A DNA stretch of 60,160 nt, filler included, from Basidiobolus ranarum (lineage: Eukaryota): assembly GCA_040143965.1 (NCBI GenBank). It is 8 parts of 8 records of this genome, joined end to end, with 100 filler letters (N's around TTAATTAATTAA, not from the genome) between each part and the next. Parts side by side here need not be neighbours in the genome. Positions count along the whole stretch, not along the records: positions 30,189 to 37,614 come from JASJQH010001120.1; positions 37,715 to 45,132 come from JASJQH010001121.1; positions 45,233 to 52,647 come from JASJQH010001122.1; 5 more parts are not named here. The stretch is one strand, 5' to 3'. How positions within the stretch are numbered: the first letter of the stretch is position 1; each line of letters opens with the position of its first letter. This document shows, piece by piece, positions 37,556 to 52,747 of the stretch. The translations under genes were made by a program, and so were the position numbers. The notes under the pieces are model-generated. The model worked only from the letters and a program-made list of their open reading frames with translations. It did no database searches and was not told the origin of the DNA.

Positions 37556-37748
37556 TATTTAACTGGAGCTTCTGAATAGAATGTGTATACTTTTAAGTAT
37601 ATACTATAGGTTCCNNNNNNNNNNNNNNNNNNNNNNNNNNNNNNNNNNNNNNNNNNNNTTAATTAATTAANNNNNNNNNNNNNNNNNNNNNNNNNNNNNN
37701 NNNNNNNNNNNNNNAAAAGTGTAGGGACAGTTGTTGCAACCTACGATC

Positions 37749-38076
37749 TATTGAAATTAGCATAGCCTAAACACCTATATAGTCATATATAGCTTAGTAT
37801 TTAGTTATTCCATATTTCACAAATATATCACCTACTATTCTCAAGCGGAATTTACTTAGTTCTCAGATATATAGATTTTTCAAACTTGTTTTAGAGGCCC
37901 CAAACTTTGCACACATGTTTCTGGGACCTTACTTAACATATTCTACAGGTTTACTTGTTTACCTCCTGACAAAACTATAAATGTCGAACTTTCTACTCAA
38001 TAAATCAATAAGTGAAAACCACCAATTCTTCTAGTTCTCCAAACTGCTTCCAACAAACTCCCAAAATACTTCAATA
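37749..38076 (+). repeat. Solo LTR, family A
   Basis: TATTGAAATTAGC...TACTTCAATA (decayed TG...CA ends). Homologous to the LTRs at 12024 and 36598. Confidence 0.85.
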
Positions 38077-38331
38077 CAAACTGATTTCAAATTGAAATGG
38101 AATCTCAGAATAACACTGTGAACACAGGCTGCTAAGCCTATATTGAACACATGTTACATGGGTGCTGTTCTATTATTAGCCTGATGGTGAACATAACTGG
38201 GAATGCCACTGAGTCATATGGCTGCATAGGCTGATACTCAGAATCACCAGATTATTGAAAAAGAACGGGCCATAATTCAGTAATCCTCGTGATTAGGAAG
38301 AAGCTCATTCATCATAGCATTACCTTGTTGA

Positions 38332-38651
38332 TGTTGAAATATTTTGGGAGTTGTTGGAAGTGATATGGAGAACTAGAAGCGCTGGTGGTTCTCACTTATG
38401 GATTTATCGAGTTGGCATTTATAGTTTTGCCAAGGGGTAAACAAACAAACCTGTAAAATGTGTTAAGGAAGGTCCCAGAATCATGTGTGCAAAGTTTAAG
38501 GCCTCTTGGACAAGTTTGGAAAATCTATATATTTGAGAACTAAGTAAATTCGCTTGAGAATAGTAGGTGATATCCTAGTGAAATATGGAATAACTAATTA
38601 CTAAGCTGTACATATGACTATATTGATGTTTAAGCTATGTTAATTTCAACA
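38332..38651 (-). repeat. Solo LTR, family A, inverted, with near-perfect 5-bp TSD GTTGA/GTTAA
   Basis: TGTTGAAAT...ATTTCAACA ends. Reverse-complement homolog of 37749-38076. Confidence 0.88.
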
Positions 38652-38899
38652 GTTAAGATATTGTGTAGTTAATAGAATTGGTATTGTGGATAGCAATCAA
38701 CACAACTGATTCTTCACTATAGGCATATTTTCCACACTTTATTCTCACTTCAGAGCAATTAGTGACTGCATCATGATGAAGTATAAATTTGAAGTTCCAC
38801 GCTCCGCTTTAGAAGCTCTGATAACGATACACAGTAGGAACACATCTATGTGGAAAATGTTATGATACCATGATTGAGACATCAATAGTGGTTGAAGGA

Positions 38900-41800
38900 A
38901 TATATATATGTTTTCGGTATGATAGATATTTGTAACATTTGATCTCAATGATGCAAGTTTTGCTCTTCACCATCACTGCTGACCCATACGCATTCATAAA
39001 TCTGAACAATAGCTTAGACACTCAAAGATTGCCATTCTGAAACAGATATCTGCTTTAGTTCCGAGGTTGACTGGTTTTCTAGCTCCTTCAACTCGAACGC
39101 ATACATATTTATTTGGCCACGTCCCCTCTCAATCTAGAAACACCGATATACTAATCAACGTAACATTGCTGCTCCTATCATATTGGTTAGATTTAACTAT
39201 CATAAAGTATGCCATTTCCTCATTGCACATCCCTTTTTGTTGCACTCATACTTCATAGGTTATATATTACTCACAATGACTATTATATCCGCAATACCAC
39301 GTTATATTCGATCTGACAATTTGTCGCTCCTCCACCATCGCATTCTCGTAAGGGGCCACACCAGAGCAACCCAACTGGAGTTGGGAAGTAACAGAATCAC
39401 GAGTATCAGAACAACAGTTATAGATATGCATCACTTGGTGAAGCATGCACAGTGATAAACGGTAATATCCAGCAGGTTAGAACAACTCACTGGTAGAGCA
39501 ACCATTCTATTGGTAACTTCCTCTATCAGAGACATTCTTCACAAGCACACTGAAGTCATCGAAATGTGTTCATAGAGTGTAGGTGCGACCAATGTGATCA
39601 ATAATACCAGCCAAAAGATAAGGGGGCCTTTGGTATTTGCATTCAGGAGGTTTGAAACCATCATTCTAATAATTTCCGAGCGACAGTTTGAATTTCAACT
39701 TAATTTCAACCAGCTTGTTAGATTGGTAACATTCATGCCAGCCCAATAATAGCCCATCATAGGCCCTCCAAATGGTCAGCATGACTGGCTCCTATAGGGA
39801 AACATTGGTGGATATCGCACGGGATTAGACAGGATACATCCGCTCGATTCCGACCTCCATATCGAATGTTTCGGTTTTCACTTATATCTCCTCCTATGGA
39901 TCAACGATTATACATTTGATGTGCCTAGATGCAACCGCAAATGTAGATGCAGACACCATTTCCTCTAGCTCTCCTTACAACCATCTCCGATCGTTGAGTC
40001 ATTACACTATAGGATGGATGATCTGTAACATATGCATATATCCATCACCTAACACGCAGGCTACATTCGATACCTTCTAGCCTCGATTCCGGCAAGCCAT
40101 GAAAACGGAGCATGTGCAGACTACTAAACCAACCCTGATCCATATATACTACACCACTCAACTAATATGAGGCTTAAAGTCCATTCATTTATTCGACAAA
40201 TATGAGGATTCAGTGCTCATGCGAACCATTCATGATTTATGTAGACAACCACATCTACGTTTACACATCAGCTCCAGGACGATTCACTAGCACGTCTATG
40301 TATACTTACGTGTTTGAAAAAGTTCACTGATTCATCTCTACTGTGCAAAGTCATCTCGCATCTAAACCAGATTCAAATGATAATGCTCGAACAAGTGCTC
40401 ACACCTACAAGAAATCTCTGGTATGCTGCGAAAGAAACCGTGCAGGTCTTCTCTGTCACGAGGTGAGCCTCGAAATCATTCATGTGACAGAGAGTGTTGC
40501 CAAAGAATCCTTGGATACATCCTCAAACCTTCATATCAAGATAGTGTTGATTTCTGACCTTACACTCACCCACTCACCCGCTCACCAATTCATTCGAACA
40601 TGTAACAATAAGAGGGTTGCTATCAGATCCCTTTCTATTTCCAAAAACAATTTTCATTCCATACAACAATGCTTAAGCTATGCTGGGTAATCTCAATCGA
40701 GTTATTCTCACCGATTGGGCTATCGCAAGAATTGTCAATCCCATCAATACCTTTAGCAAGAGAATGAACCTTGCAAGTCATTGATCAGGAATCCTCCCAA
40801 TCAGAGATCATCTTCTGGCCACAAATGTCTGGATAGTCAACAGGAACAAGCTGAGAACGGAATAATCATTGTGCAGATGCCCCACTAAAGGGACTACATT
40901 TTTCTTTGGAACAGTCTTATCACAAGCTGGTGTTGACAACACTGAATACCCATTATTTGTGACACTGTTCATCCCAGCTCTTGACATCTCTCGTTCCATC
41001 TTTATCCGATTCTGATCCATTAGCCAACTCAGCAAGAAAGGACAAAAGTGGTAGTGAGTCTGGTTAATCCGAGGATTCGTTGTTACTGCTTTGTACATCA
41101 GACGAGTATTGCCAACATTTCTAATCTGATGTTAGATAAACCCATCTTGGATATTGTATTCAGAGCAAGCAATGATCTGAGGTTCACACTCCTATAACAG
41201 CCCTGGTGCAGGCCTATTATTGTCTCTGTGCTCCTTGGTTTTTCGACTACAAACTCCACCCAAACCCTACGGATATCTTCATACTACAAAACTCAAGCTC
41301 TGCTCTTGCCCACTTGGGCACTCGAGTGTCTATAGAACATCCCTGATCTCTAACCAATACACATCACATGGGGCTGAGTGATGTGCGCAGATAAGGTTGG
41401 AAAGTGAATGAGACCATTCACTTATCCACTCAACTTCAAGGATCTACACCAGAGTTCAAATGGACAGATAGGATTGGGGCCATTTCACATCACCATGATT
41501 TTCATCCGGACCCTTCCAGGAGCCTATTCAGTGGGTCTATGTAGTTCACTTCAGAACCACAATACACTTTAACCGTGAGAAAATAATCCTGCTGAAAGGA
41601 AGTATCGAATACTTGGTTAATATGATTCATCAGTATACTTTCTATTCTTAAGTGAGTCCGAGGTGTAACCGTGGGCAGTTGAAACACCACCAATGGGCAG
41701 GTCGTTCCAGACGATTTAGGAATGAGAAAGCATGGACTGTCCGAAATAATGACTAGACGATATGGACAGGTTGGACGAAATCATCCCAGTTGTCACTTAA

Positions 41801-43500
41801 ACCCTCAAGATTGTAACATACCTGTTATAGAACGCAAAACTCAACATGGAAGTATCTCAATCAAGTACTGAGACCGACTGCTGATTCGATATGTTGAGTT
41901 GCCCAAATGAACCGCAAACCATTTGATTTCTATGATATGCTGAGATCCGACGACGAATGCGTTCGCTATGTTAGACAAGAACAGTTATCAGGAATCATCG
42001 GGGTAGTCCATTCAGCAAAGCTTGCCTCATTTGTTAGTTGATTGTGGAGATTGCTGTAACTTCATCATTTATTTGTATTTGTATCACTTCACCAGAGTCG
42101 GATGGAATTTGCTGGAGTGGCTCGCTGTATTCAATCCAGATCGATAAATAAATAGTGATCATAGTAGATCCAATCAGGACCCATTTTGTGCCCTTCTAAG
42201 TCATCTTCTGACCAGTCCTATTGGCTGAATTGAACAAGTCAATGAGCTCATTCTGGCAAGCAGTGTTGTATCATCTGAGCCAAAATTAGATAAACATGCT
42301 CATGAATTTGATGGCAATCGTGGTTTCCACCAATCAAGAGGGCGCAAGCCTACCATGGCTGAGTGTCATACGGACTCAGTGTATGCTGGTTGCAAGCAGA
42401 TCAACCAATGTGAAGGGCCACTCCACTCCCTCACGAGGTAATGTGGAAAGCTCCGTTGTTGAGCAGGATGATTGTTGTCTCCTGAAGCGACGGTGCTCAA
42501 ACAAATCTCCTCGGATCCCCTCTATCCTGTTCATTGGGTTTCATCGTGTTCAAACCTCGTATTTGGCTAGAACGATGAATGCATATCTCCTCGTCAGTAT
42601 CCAACAATCGTGATGCAATTTCGCTGCACTTGAATGAGCAGCCCCATCACTTCAGAGTAGGGTCCATCTGTAAGCTAGATGAATACGATGATTACGGTGG
42701 GGGCGGATGTTTTACGATGACGATGACGATAGATGTGGATGTGGATTGATCGTACATCAAATCTTCGCTCGCAAATGGCAGCGATAATAGAGACGATTTG
42801 GGGCTAGGACTCCATCCAAACGGGCTAATCATGACTGCTATGGTATCAAAATATATGCGCGAGGTATGTTCACTTAGGTTTGGGCATGGTATGCCATGAA
42901 AGCAGGAAGTAACCGCAACATCCTATCCTCTCGGTGCTCGGAGTAAGCTAGCTAGGAGTAGAAAATGGGATTTTTTACAGAGATGGGCAGTTTCTGAATT
43001 CATAAATAGATTTGATGCTTGAGGTTAGGCTTCAGCCCACATGTACGTTGATCAGATCCTACGATATGGTGCAGATATGACGGCATCGGCAGGATGGCTA
43101 AATAATAGTGACTTCACTGTACAAACCAAACGTAAGGACAACATAGAATCTATATCGATTAAAGCTAGACGAAGCGAAGTATACTTGGATGCCTGATCTA
43201 TAGACACCCGGCCTATATCACATAGAATTGTTGCTGGGCTGGGCTCACCTTCACTCAATATTAGCCTTGGTAACTGAACTCATCATAAACTTCCCATATT
43301 CCTCCGTAACACCTACACATCCTGAGATTAAACACCCGATGCGATTGAATCTCAGAAACTATTATGAGGCCTCTTTACCATGACCTATGAGATAGGAGCC
43401 ATATCTCGGAGGTTAGATCTTTGTCACTCCTGGACCCGCTCGTAAGTATCTGTCATGCATATTGACAGTCCACAAAACACTCGCATCCCTGGCCAATATC
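38900..43500. mobile_element. Gene-free region, probably heavily decayed Ty3/gypsy-like retroelement debris
   Basis: No coherent spliced gene. Only faint motifs: a KYQ.P-like integrase tail near 39620-39645 (minus) and a gag-like LDWWK near 42320-42345 (minus). Confidence 0.3.
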
Positions 43501-44079
43501 TTATTAAGCATATCCTCGTTCTAATATTATCAGAAAATCACCAAAATAGAGAAATGTATCAAATTTGCATCCACATCAGTCGATTTTCGACTATTTTTGG
43601 AAATAGGAACTCGAGCTCACAAATCATTGACTTTATGTGATGATCTGGGATGATGATGAAGCATCAAAAATACCCAAGACGTTATCTCTTGCCTACATCT
43701 TATTTTCTATCAGTTCATGATGAAATCATTATTCGGTTAGGCTTGATTTATCTGCAGCAGGGGTCCTTTGCAGATGGCGATGATTGGCCAGAATTCCGAT
43801 ACATACGAACTTACTCACTGATAGTGTAATCTCTGATCATTGCAAATATATAAAGTTAGCATGCCCCTTTGCTGACTAGATTAAAGTGATCCTATTTTCT
43901 GTTGACTTCCTAACGAACTACAAATCCCAGTCTCTTACTCTGGCTTTTGCCCGCCATCGACCATCGCACTATACAGCCTTATCAATCGTTTGAACGAGTC
44001 CGAATCCATACTCTTTAGCGCTTGCCTACCTGTTATCAGCTTACAAATATGCTCACTGTACCCTCTTCTTTCCAGAGCA

Positions 44080-44942
44080 ATGACTCCAAAGTATCTGGTT
44101 GGTAATTTCTATGGAAAAGCACTGAATTTTTGAATTTTGTCTCAACTGTTTTGCTTTTACCAGTGATTCATAATATCGCTTTGAAGGAATCCTCTACTCG
44201 CCCAAAACTCGTCGCTACACGTTCTGCTGATAGGATTTTTGTTGAGAGTAGTGGGAGAAGCGACGCTCTTGTACCACAGCTTGGGGCCTTCAAGATTCCC
44301 ACCAATCTTCAATCGAAAGAAATCTATGGGGCCTTTAATAAGGAGCTAGATTCAGAGTTCTTCGCTGCCGTCTCGACTGTTCGCTCAACCTATTTCTTTG
44401 ATGTCGGCCGCGGCGGAGGTTTTCTGTCCATACCTCACATCGGCAGTCACGGATCAGTTGCCACTTCCTTCATCGCTAGAGTAGTGGAGCATTGGCTTGG
44501 CGATAAACTAGCGGGCTCAGCAGATGCTGAGGACTTCATTCCAATTTTGGAGGAAGGAGTGGACAAGTCAGCTCAAAGCATACTTCAACGACTCAAAAAC
44601 GACTTATTCTCATCGTCTGTTACGCGTACGGAACTTCGCTCGTTCTCTACACTCTCCAAAGTTTTCATTGATGTTCGTGCCGGACACGTATTTTCACTGC
44701 CTAAATGCTGCGATGATGCTACAGTGGTTCAGCTTGGTGTTGAAGAATTTTTCCAAGAGTACCCGTTATTTGTAGACATGTCTGTCAAAGTGAAACCTTT
44801 AGGACCTAATGATCCTTGCACGAACAATACTCAAATATTACTATCTTTCCAAAATATTACGATGGGAGATTGTGATCCATTCATCCTGTTTGAGAATATT
44901 GACCACAGCGCTCCTTCCACGAATGATCCTATGAGTATATAG
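44080..44942 (+). CDS. Hypothetical protein (exons 44080-44101 and 44164-44942); may be frameshifted at the 3' end
   Basis: Splicing GTAATT...CCAG gives MTPKYLVVIHNIALK..., followed by ~260 open codons. CpG is retained, as in genes. No family recognised. Confidence 0.55.
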
Positions 44943-45232
44943 ACAAGGCTCAATTCCGTAAGCACGAGAGCATTATTTATCGTATGTTCTTCCAAAGCCG
45001 ATCTGATCCCACTACCCCACACATTTCCAACTCTTTTATCGATACCAGCTATTTCTCTGGCAACGATTTTTGTACACAAGATCCCTCCTAATTCACCTAT
45101 TCTTCGGTCACTCCTCAAATAGCGCTTTCAAANNNNNNNNNNNNNNNNNNNNNNNNNNNNNNNNNNNNNNNNNNNNTTAATTAATTAANNNNNNNNNNNN
45201 NNNNNNNNNNNNNNNNNNNNNNNNNNNNNNNN

Positions 45233-45689
45233 CTCTCGTTGTACAAGGGCCGGTGATATAAGGTTTCATATTGAGTTTTTTCCAATAATCCCGACAAGCC
45301 GAAGGTGTTCTGGCTGGAATATATTTAGCTATCTCGGTCCAATTGTAATAATACTTGGGTGCTTTATCTTTTAGTGTGTTAATTTCCTCTTCCGTCCACT
45401 GAAGAAATAAAGGTTTTGGGGGGCTTTCAGTATTTTGTGTTGTACATGAATTCTTGGTTTTCGTTTTAGCCGGTTGACCTGTCATATTTTGTGCATGGGT
45501 TTTTGTTTGAGTGTTCAGGTTTCGAATAAGTAAGGAATGTTTGACATTCAGGTCGAATGAAACAGGTGTGCAAAGTAAGAAAGAGTTTTTTCGCATATTT
45601 TCTAAGTCATTTCTGAATTTGAAACAGTTGAAAAGCTTCCTAGATAAACGAACAGTATTTTTAAGTCGTTTGCTAACGATCTGACTCAT
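45233..45689 (-). CDS. Myb/SANT-repeat protein (3'-truncated by contig end)
   Basis: WTEEEINTLKDKAPKYYYNWTEIAKYIPARTPSACRDYWKKL has the three regularly spaced Trp residues of a Myb repeat. Confidence 0.8.
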
Positions 45690-46909
45690 GAGCGATAAAA
45701 AACGTTAAATATTGCAGGTGAGTTCTTAAGTGAGAGGTTTAAGTGGACACGTCGTTCTAATAACTTCAGTAGAGAAGACTAGAAGGTTTGGAAAATGAGA
45801 GTAAAGTGTGTAAATACAAGCATGAAATACGAAGCTGTGAGAGAAGCAACAGTAATCAAGTAAAGATGTAAGATTACAGGGTTTTAACCTAAAATTAGAC
45901 AATTGCAAAAAATAATTACACAAGCTGATATTAAAATTAGACAATCATAGAAAACCATTCAGACTGTATATTGGGAGTAATTTTGTGTGGTAATTATTGG
46001 GCTAGCTTGAGCTTTCTATTCAAATAGATTACCGGCTTTTGTCCAGGCTCAAATACCCTCCTCAAAAAAAGGAGGATTTATCCTCCCTTCGTTTCAAAGT
46101 TAAATGTGGCTTTAAGCATGTAATATTTCAGTTAGAAGGGTATTTTAGCTACGGACACCTTCGTCGAAAGTTTTAGAAATCGACTTTAAGTCATTTCAAG
46201 AGATTTGAAAGCTATTTGTGACTTCTACAATTTGAAAAGTACCATTTTTAGCAGTGAGTAATGTAATAAAATGTCACCGCTTGTTAATATGATTATAGGG
46301 AAGACTAACGTATATATGTTTAAGTTATTTACCTTATTTCTAGTGGTTGATATTCTAAATTATCTTTCATTGTTTTTTCACTTCTAGAGTCAGTTTGCTT
46401 AATGTCCACCCTTTGATATCAAGAGTCAAAGAACATGTTTACTAGTATCATCGATGCTGTGATACGTCTTCTCGACAAAGAAAATATCAAATAATATGCT
46501 TCTGGATATCTTGACTTGATTCTACAAATTAATGTATAAAGTTGCTGTATCTATTTACACGCCAAGCCATAAAAAACGCCATGATGGATATAATCTTGCT
46601 TATAATACAAAGTTTATTTTTATTCAATGGTGACAGTTATAACATATATTATCAAGATGAGGATTACAGTGGTGTTTATCCAAGAAGCTAGATCAAAAAG
46701 TTCAAAATATCGTACCATAAAATGAACTGTATTAGAAACTTTAACGTGAGATTGCTGCGCAGAGAACTTGGATCTTGCGAAATTTGCTATATACATGACT
46801 TCAAATTCAAATGAATTCATTGCTCTTAGAGAAAACTAAATTAATAAGGGAGGCAGGTGAAAATGCTGAATATCTGATACAAACACAAAAGGAATTAAAG
46901 TAAATCGAT

Positions 46910-49149
<2,240 letters not shown>

Positions 49150-50363
49150 AGTGTATAATGATTTAACTTAATTTGACTCAAGGATTAAAGTAGGAAACAG
49201 AGCTAAGAATTTTCAAGAAAGATAGGTCAGGTTTTAGTTGTCAACTATCAAGTACAAGTGACCACTTCAGCCGGTTAAGCTAGAAAGACGAAAAATTTGG
49301 ATAACCTCCAATTATGGCCAGGTCCTTTGACTCAAGTCACAAAAGCTGTGAGAATAAGAATCGAGACCTCTAATGGCTTGGCAAGGAAATGTGATATTTA
49401 CAGCCCAATGGAGATAAAATAAGTCCCAATCGGGACTCAGAAAATCATCAGGATTGGGTTAGAAGATTGAGCGATATTCATGTTTCAGACATGCTTCCAG
49501 CAAACAAGAGGAACAAACGGTTCCTGAATCATTGCCCTTATTTCAGAGCCAATTCGTGAGGTCTCCACTGTATACGACATCATTGATTGGGGGTTTAGAA
49601 GAAAACAGGATCAGTTGTGAATGACGGGTAAAGGAGATCGATGGTATGAATGCCCACGAAACAAGAAACAATGGAGACAAAGAACTTTGAGCTTCACTTG
49701 GGATCGACTTCCATAAATGCTGTGCGCCAGATCCCGAGCCAATGATCACACCAACAAATACTCGGCGATCAGAGCGGGATCGCGGCCCATAAGCTGTTAC
49801 TCAAGCTTCAAGGCCTTCAGAGCAATTATTCCCACTGCGGCCAATATCCTTTTCAAGCAATGCCATCAGAATTAAGTAAAAGACAATCATTAGATTGAAT
49901 GCGAGAAACGCTGGCAGTACTGCGAATTACTATTCGACTTTCGATAGGGTCGTGGGTTAAAAATCTAACTCATTGGAAGACTCAAGACTGTTCAGCCCAA
50001 ATCCCACTTCGAATCGCAACTCTGAACAGATGAAGTAATCACGCATACTCCACATCTGTTTATTTTTGATTACCTTAGTGCTCCAGCATAGTCATCACCA
50101 TGATCCACAGCCTAGAATTGACTAACTCGTATGCCATTGACTTCGAGTGGGGTGTAGGCTAAAATGCTCTATTAATAGTTTACTGGTATGATGTTTCAAC
50201 ACAGTATAAGCAAACCTCCCATAATCATGCTACTTTCCAAAAATACGAGGTGCTTAGATTCGCAAGTAGCCCACTTGTGCTAGTAAGCTTCTATATACAA
50301 CGAATCGATTCACAACAGCTTTCTTTCTCCAACAAGCTCATCAAGAAATGCTGCTGCTCCATT

Positions 50364-51321
50364 TTATTTAAAGGTTTCTCGTATCGATAAATAAAAATCA
50401 TTTTCATTCAATATTCGTACAATAAATATTAGACCATCATCTGTGAAAGAAATTATGGCTTGAACTTCAACTTGCTGAAAAGTTTTAGTGATCCAGGTGA
50501 ATTCAATCTTGCTACCAATGGATTGCTCTATAGCTATCATTTTTAACTCTTCCTGGACCTCGATTAAATCTTCATTATATATATATTCAAATAAAGATGT
50601 ACCTCCTAATTCTTCAGGTAAAGAGCCTAGTATTTCCGTAGCTAGCTTAGAGCAAAAATCAATAGGGTGACTGTCTATATTATGGTTCACTATAATACAA
50701 ACTCGCTCTTCAAGCGGTGAATTGGGTGGTAATGATGTTGTTTGCGATAGTACTTGACCAAGCTCCATCGACGGACCGAATACCTTTGGATTACCCTTTG
50801 TAGTAACAAAACATTGGTGTATATTCTGTTCTTTCGTTGTTTTATATTTGCTACTTACCAGTATATGAATGTTCTGAGTATTCAGGACAGTAATAATATC
50901 CTCGGCCAAACATGTTCTACCTTCCACAAATAGTGCAGCGCAGTTAGTTAAAATCAGTAGAGATTTAACACTTCAATACATAACAAAAAATACCAAATAG
51001 CTCTGGGTAATCCGCTTCTCGTAGTAGTCTATTGGAAGACACTATTATATCATAACAGAAATTGAAACTGGACTCCATCAAAACATAGCCACTGTTAGAA
51101 AGTACACGCAGGTAAATGAGGGTGGCAATCTTTTGGAGCTCTATGCAAGCTTTGATAATGACATAAACCCCAGTACGGTCTTCGGAATGAAACCAATGCT
51201 CTGCATTTTTTCCTAGCCATTGTTGCCTGGAGAGTCCCAGCACATCCTCGCACGATTCAGATAGATAAATCATGCGCATACTATCTACACTAGCAATTGA
51301 AATAAATGATGTCTTCGACAT
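50364..51321 (-). CDS. Stand-alone tandem PAS-domain protein (2 exons)
   Basis: PAS1: MIYLSESCEDVLG...WLGK...WFHSED. PAS2: FCSKLATEILG..PEELGGTSLFEYIYNEDL...DGLIFIVR. The intron GTATTT...GAAG (~50993-50923) restores the frame. Confidence 0.82.
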
Positions 51322-51792
51322 TTATTCCCAAGAGGATTTTTCTAGGTGAAAGAGTAATTTTAAGGTAATTACAAAATAACAGACCTTGATATTGTAGAGA
51401 AATTCGACGATTCTGAAAATATGTATAATTAAATAGTCTCTGATTTTGAAAGATATAAGCTTAAAGCTGATGAATACCGGTATTACAATTCTAGCTACCA
51501 AATGTCAAGATGGTGAATAGAATCATATACTAATTTTGATTCGAATGTCAAAATAGCAGCAAACAAGTAGAAAACTTGTCATCAACAAGTGCCTGCCTTC
51601 GTTCATGGAATTAGATTCAAATAGGCTATAACAAGATATGGAAATTCAAAGTAGGGTAGGATGGATATCCACCTGGTAACAGTTGAAAGAACGAGTGCAA
51701 GGCCGATGAATACCTCAAACCTAGCGATGTGTACTAGAATGCAACACTATGATGAAGTAATAAGCCTTTATATAAACGGTAATACATCATTA

Positions 51793-52647
51793 TTAAGATT
51801 TTTCTAAATCACTATTATCACTTTGCAAAATATCTTGAGCCTCGCCACGCTTCTTCAATCCAAGATAAACCAAGTAACTAGCAACAGCGTCTTGAGCTGC
51901 GTAGACTACCTCTTTTTCTCGTAATTCACGTTTGTCCCATCTCTTATGCTGCAGTTGCTTATTCAGTTTCATATCTCCGTATTTAATCGCAAGAGATTTC
52001 AGCGTAGTGTCACGATGACCCAATCTAATAGCCATGTGCTTAAGATCTAATACATTAGCACATTTTATAGCATAAGAATCGTTTAAAGCCCAGGCGTCGC
52101 GACCAGCACATACACCAACCTTCATTACATTTGCCTCTTGTAGAAATAACTGCAATGAGTGAGGAAATACAAGCCCTTCTTCAACAATACGTCGTATGTT
52201 TATTACCAAGCAAAGTTCACGAGTAGCCAGTTGGATTACAGAGACTTTGTTGGAGTCGCAACCGGGCTTAATCCTAGTCTCGGTGTCAAAGCCCACGACC
52301 TTTTCTGAGTGGTGGTCCATATGTGCTTGAAGAAGCTGGATTCCCTCCCTTACTTGTTGTTCAGTTTTAAGAGTGAAGACTAGGGTATCATTGAGGCCAG
52401 GTAATTTTTGAGGTTTGGTTGACATAAAGACATCGTTGATGGGCCTTTGTATGGAGGGAGGAGACTCTATTGCAACATTTGCTTTTCTATCAGTATCAGT
52501 TTTTTCTAAAGGTTGGAAGGCTTTTTTCAAGGCGAAGGGCCTTCTCTGCTTCCTTTGGCGTTCACGCTCTTTGGATGGGCTTTTTTGATTAATGCAGGCT
52601 ATTTGGGTGTCATAAAAAATGAAAATAGGCTTATGGAAGTTGAACCT
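51793..52647 (-). CDS. DEDDy 3'-5' exonuclease, WRN-exo/EXD2-like (5'-partial)
   Basis: ExoI VVGFDTE, VSVIQLAT, ExoII KVGV..GRDAWAL, ExoIII W....L....VVYAAQDA. The frame is open to the contig edge. Confidence 0.88.
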   Translation of the reverse strand, partial: RFNFHKPIFIFYDTQIACINQKSPSKERERQRKQRRPFALKKAFQPLEKTDTDRKANVAIESPPSIQRPINDVFMSTKPQKLPGLNDTLVFTLKTEQQVREGIQLLQAHMDHHSEKVVGFDTETRIKPGCDSNKVSVIQLATRELCLVINIRRIVEEGLVFPHSLQLFLQEANVMKVGVCAGRDAWALNDSYAIKCANVLDLKHMAIRLGHRDTTLKSLAIKYGDMKLNKQLQHKRWDKRELREKEVVYAAQDAVASYLVYLGLKKRGEAQDILQSDNSDLEKS

Positions 52648-52747
52648 NNNNNNNNNNNNNNNNNNNNNNNNNNNNNNNNNNNNNNNNNNNNTTAATTAAT
52701 TAANNNNNNNNNNNNNNNNNNNNNNNNNNNNNNNNNNNNNNNNNNNN

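Noticed and set aside
45233..45689. Myb protein as the second ORF of the Harbinger-like element
   Set aside because: Different contig, no TIRs or transposase nearby, and it is a canonical three-Trp Myb repeat.
49480..49900. GC-richer stretch with a 68-aa ORF between RSPRY1 and the PAS gene
   Set aside because: No recognisable motif or splice structure; possibly a decayed relic, but unsupported.
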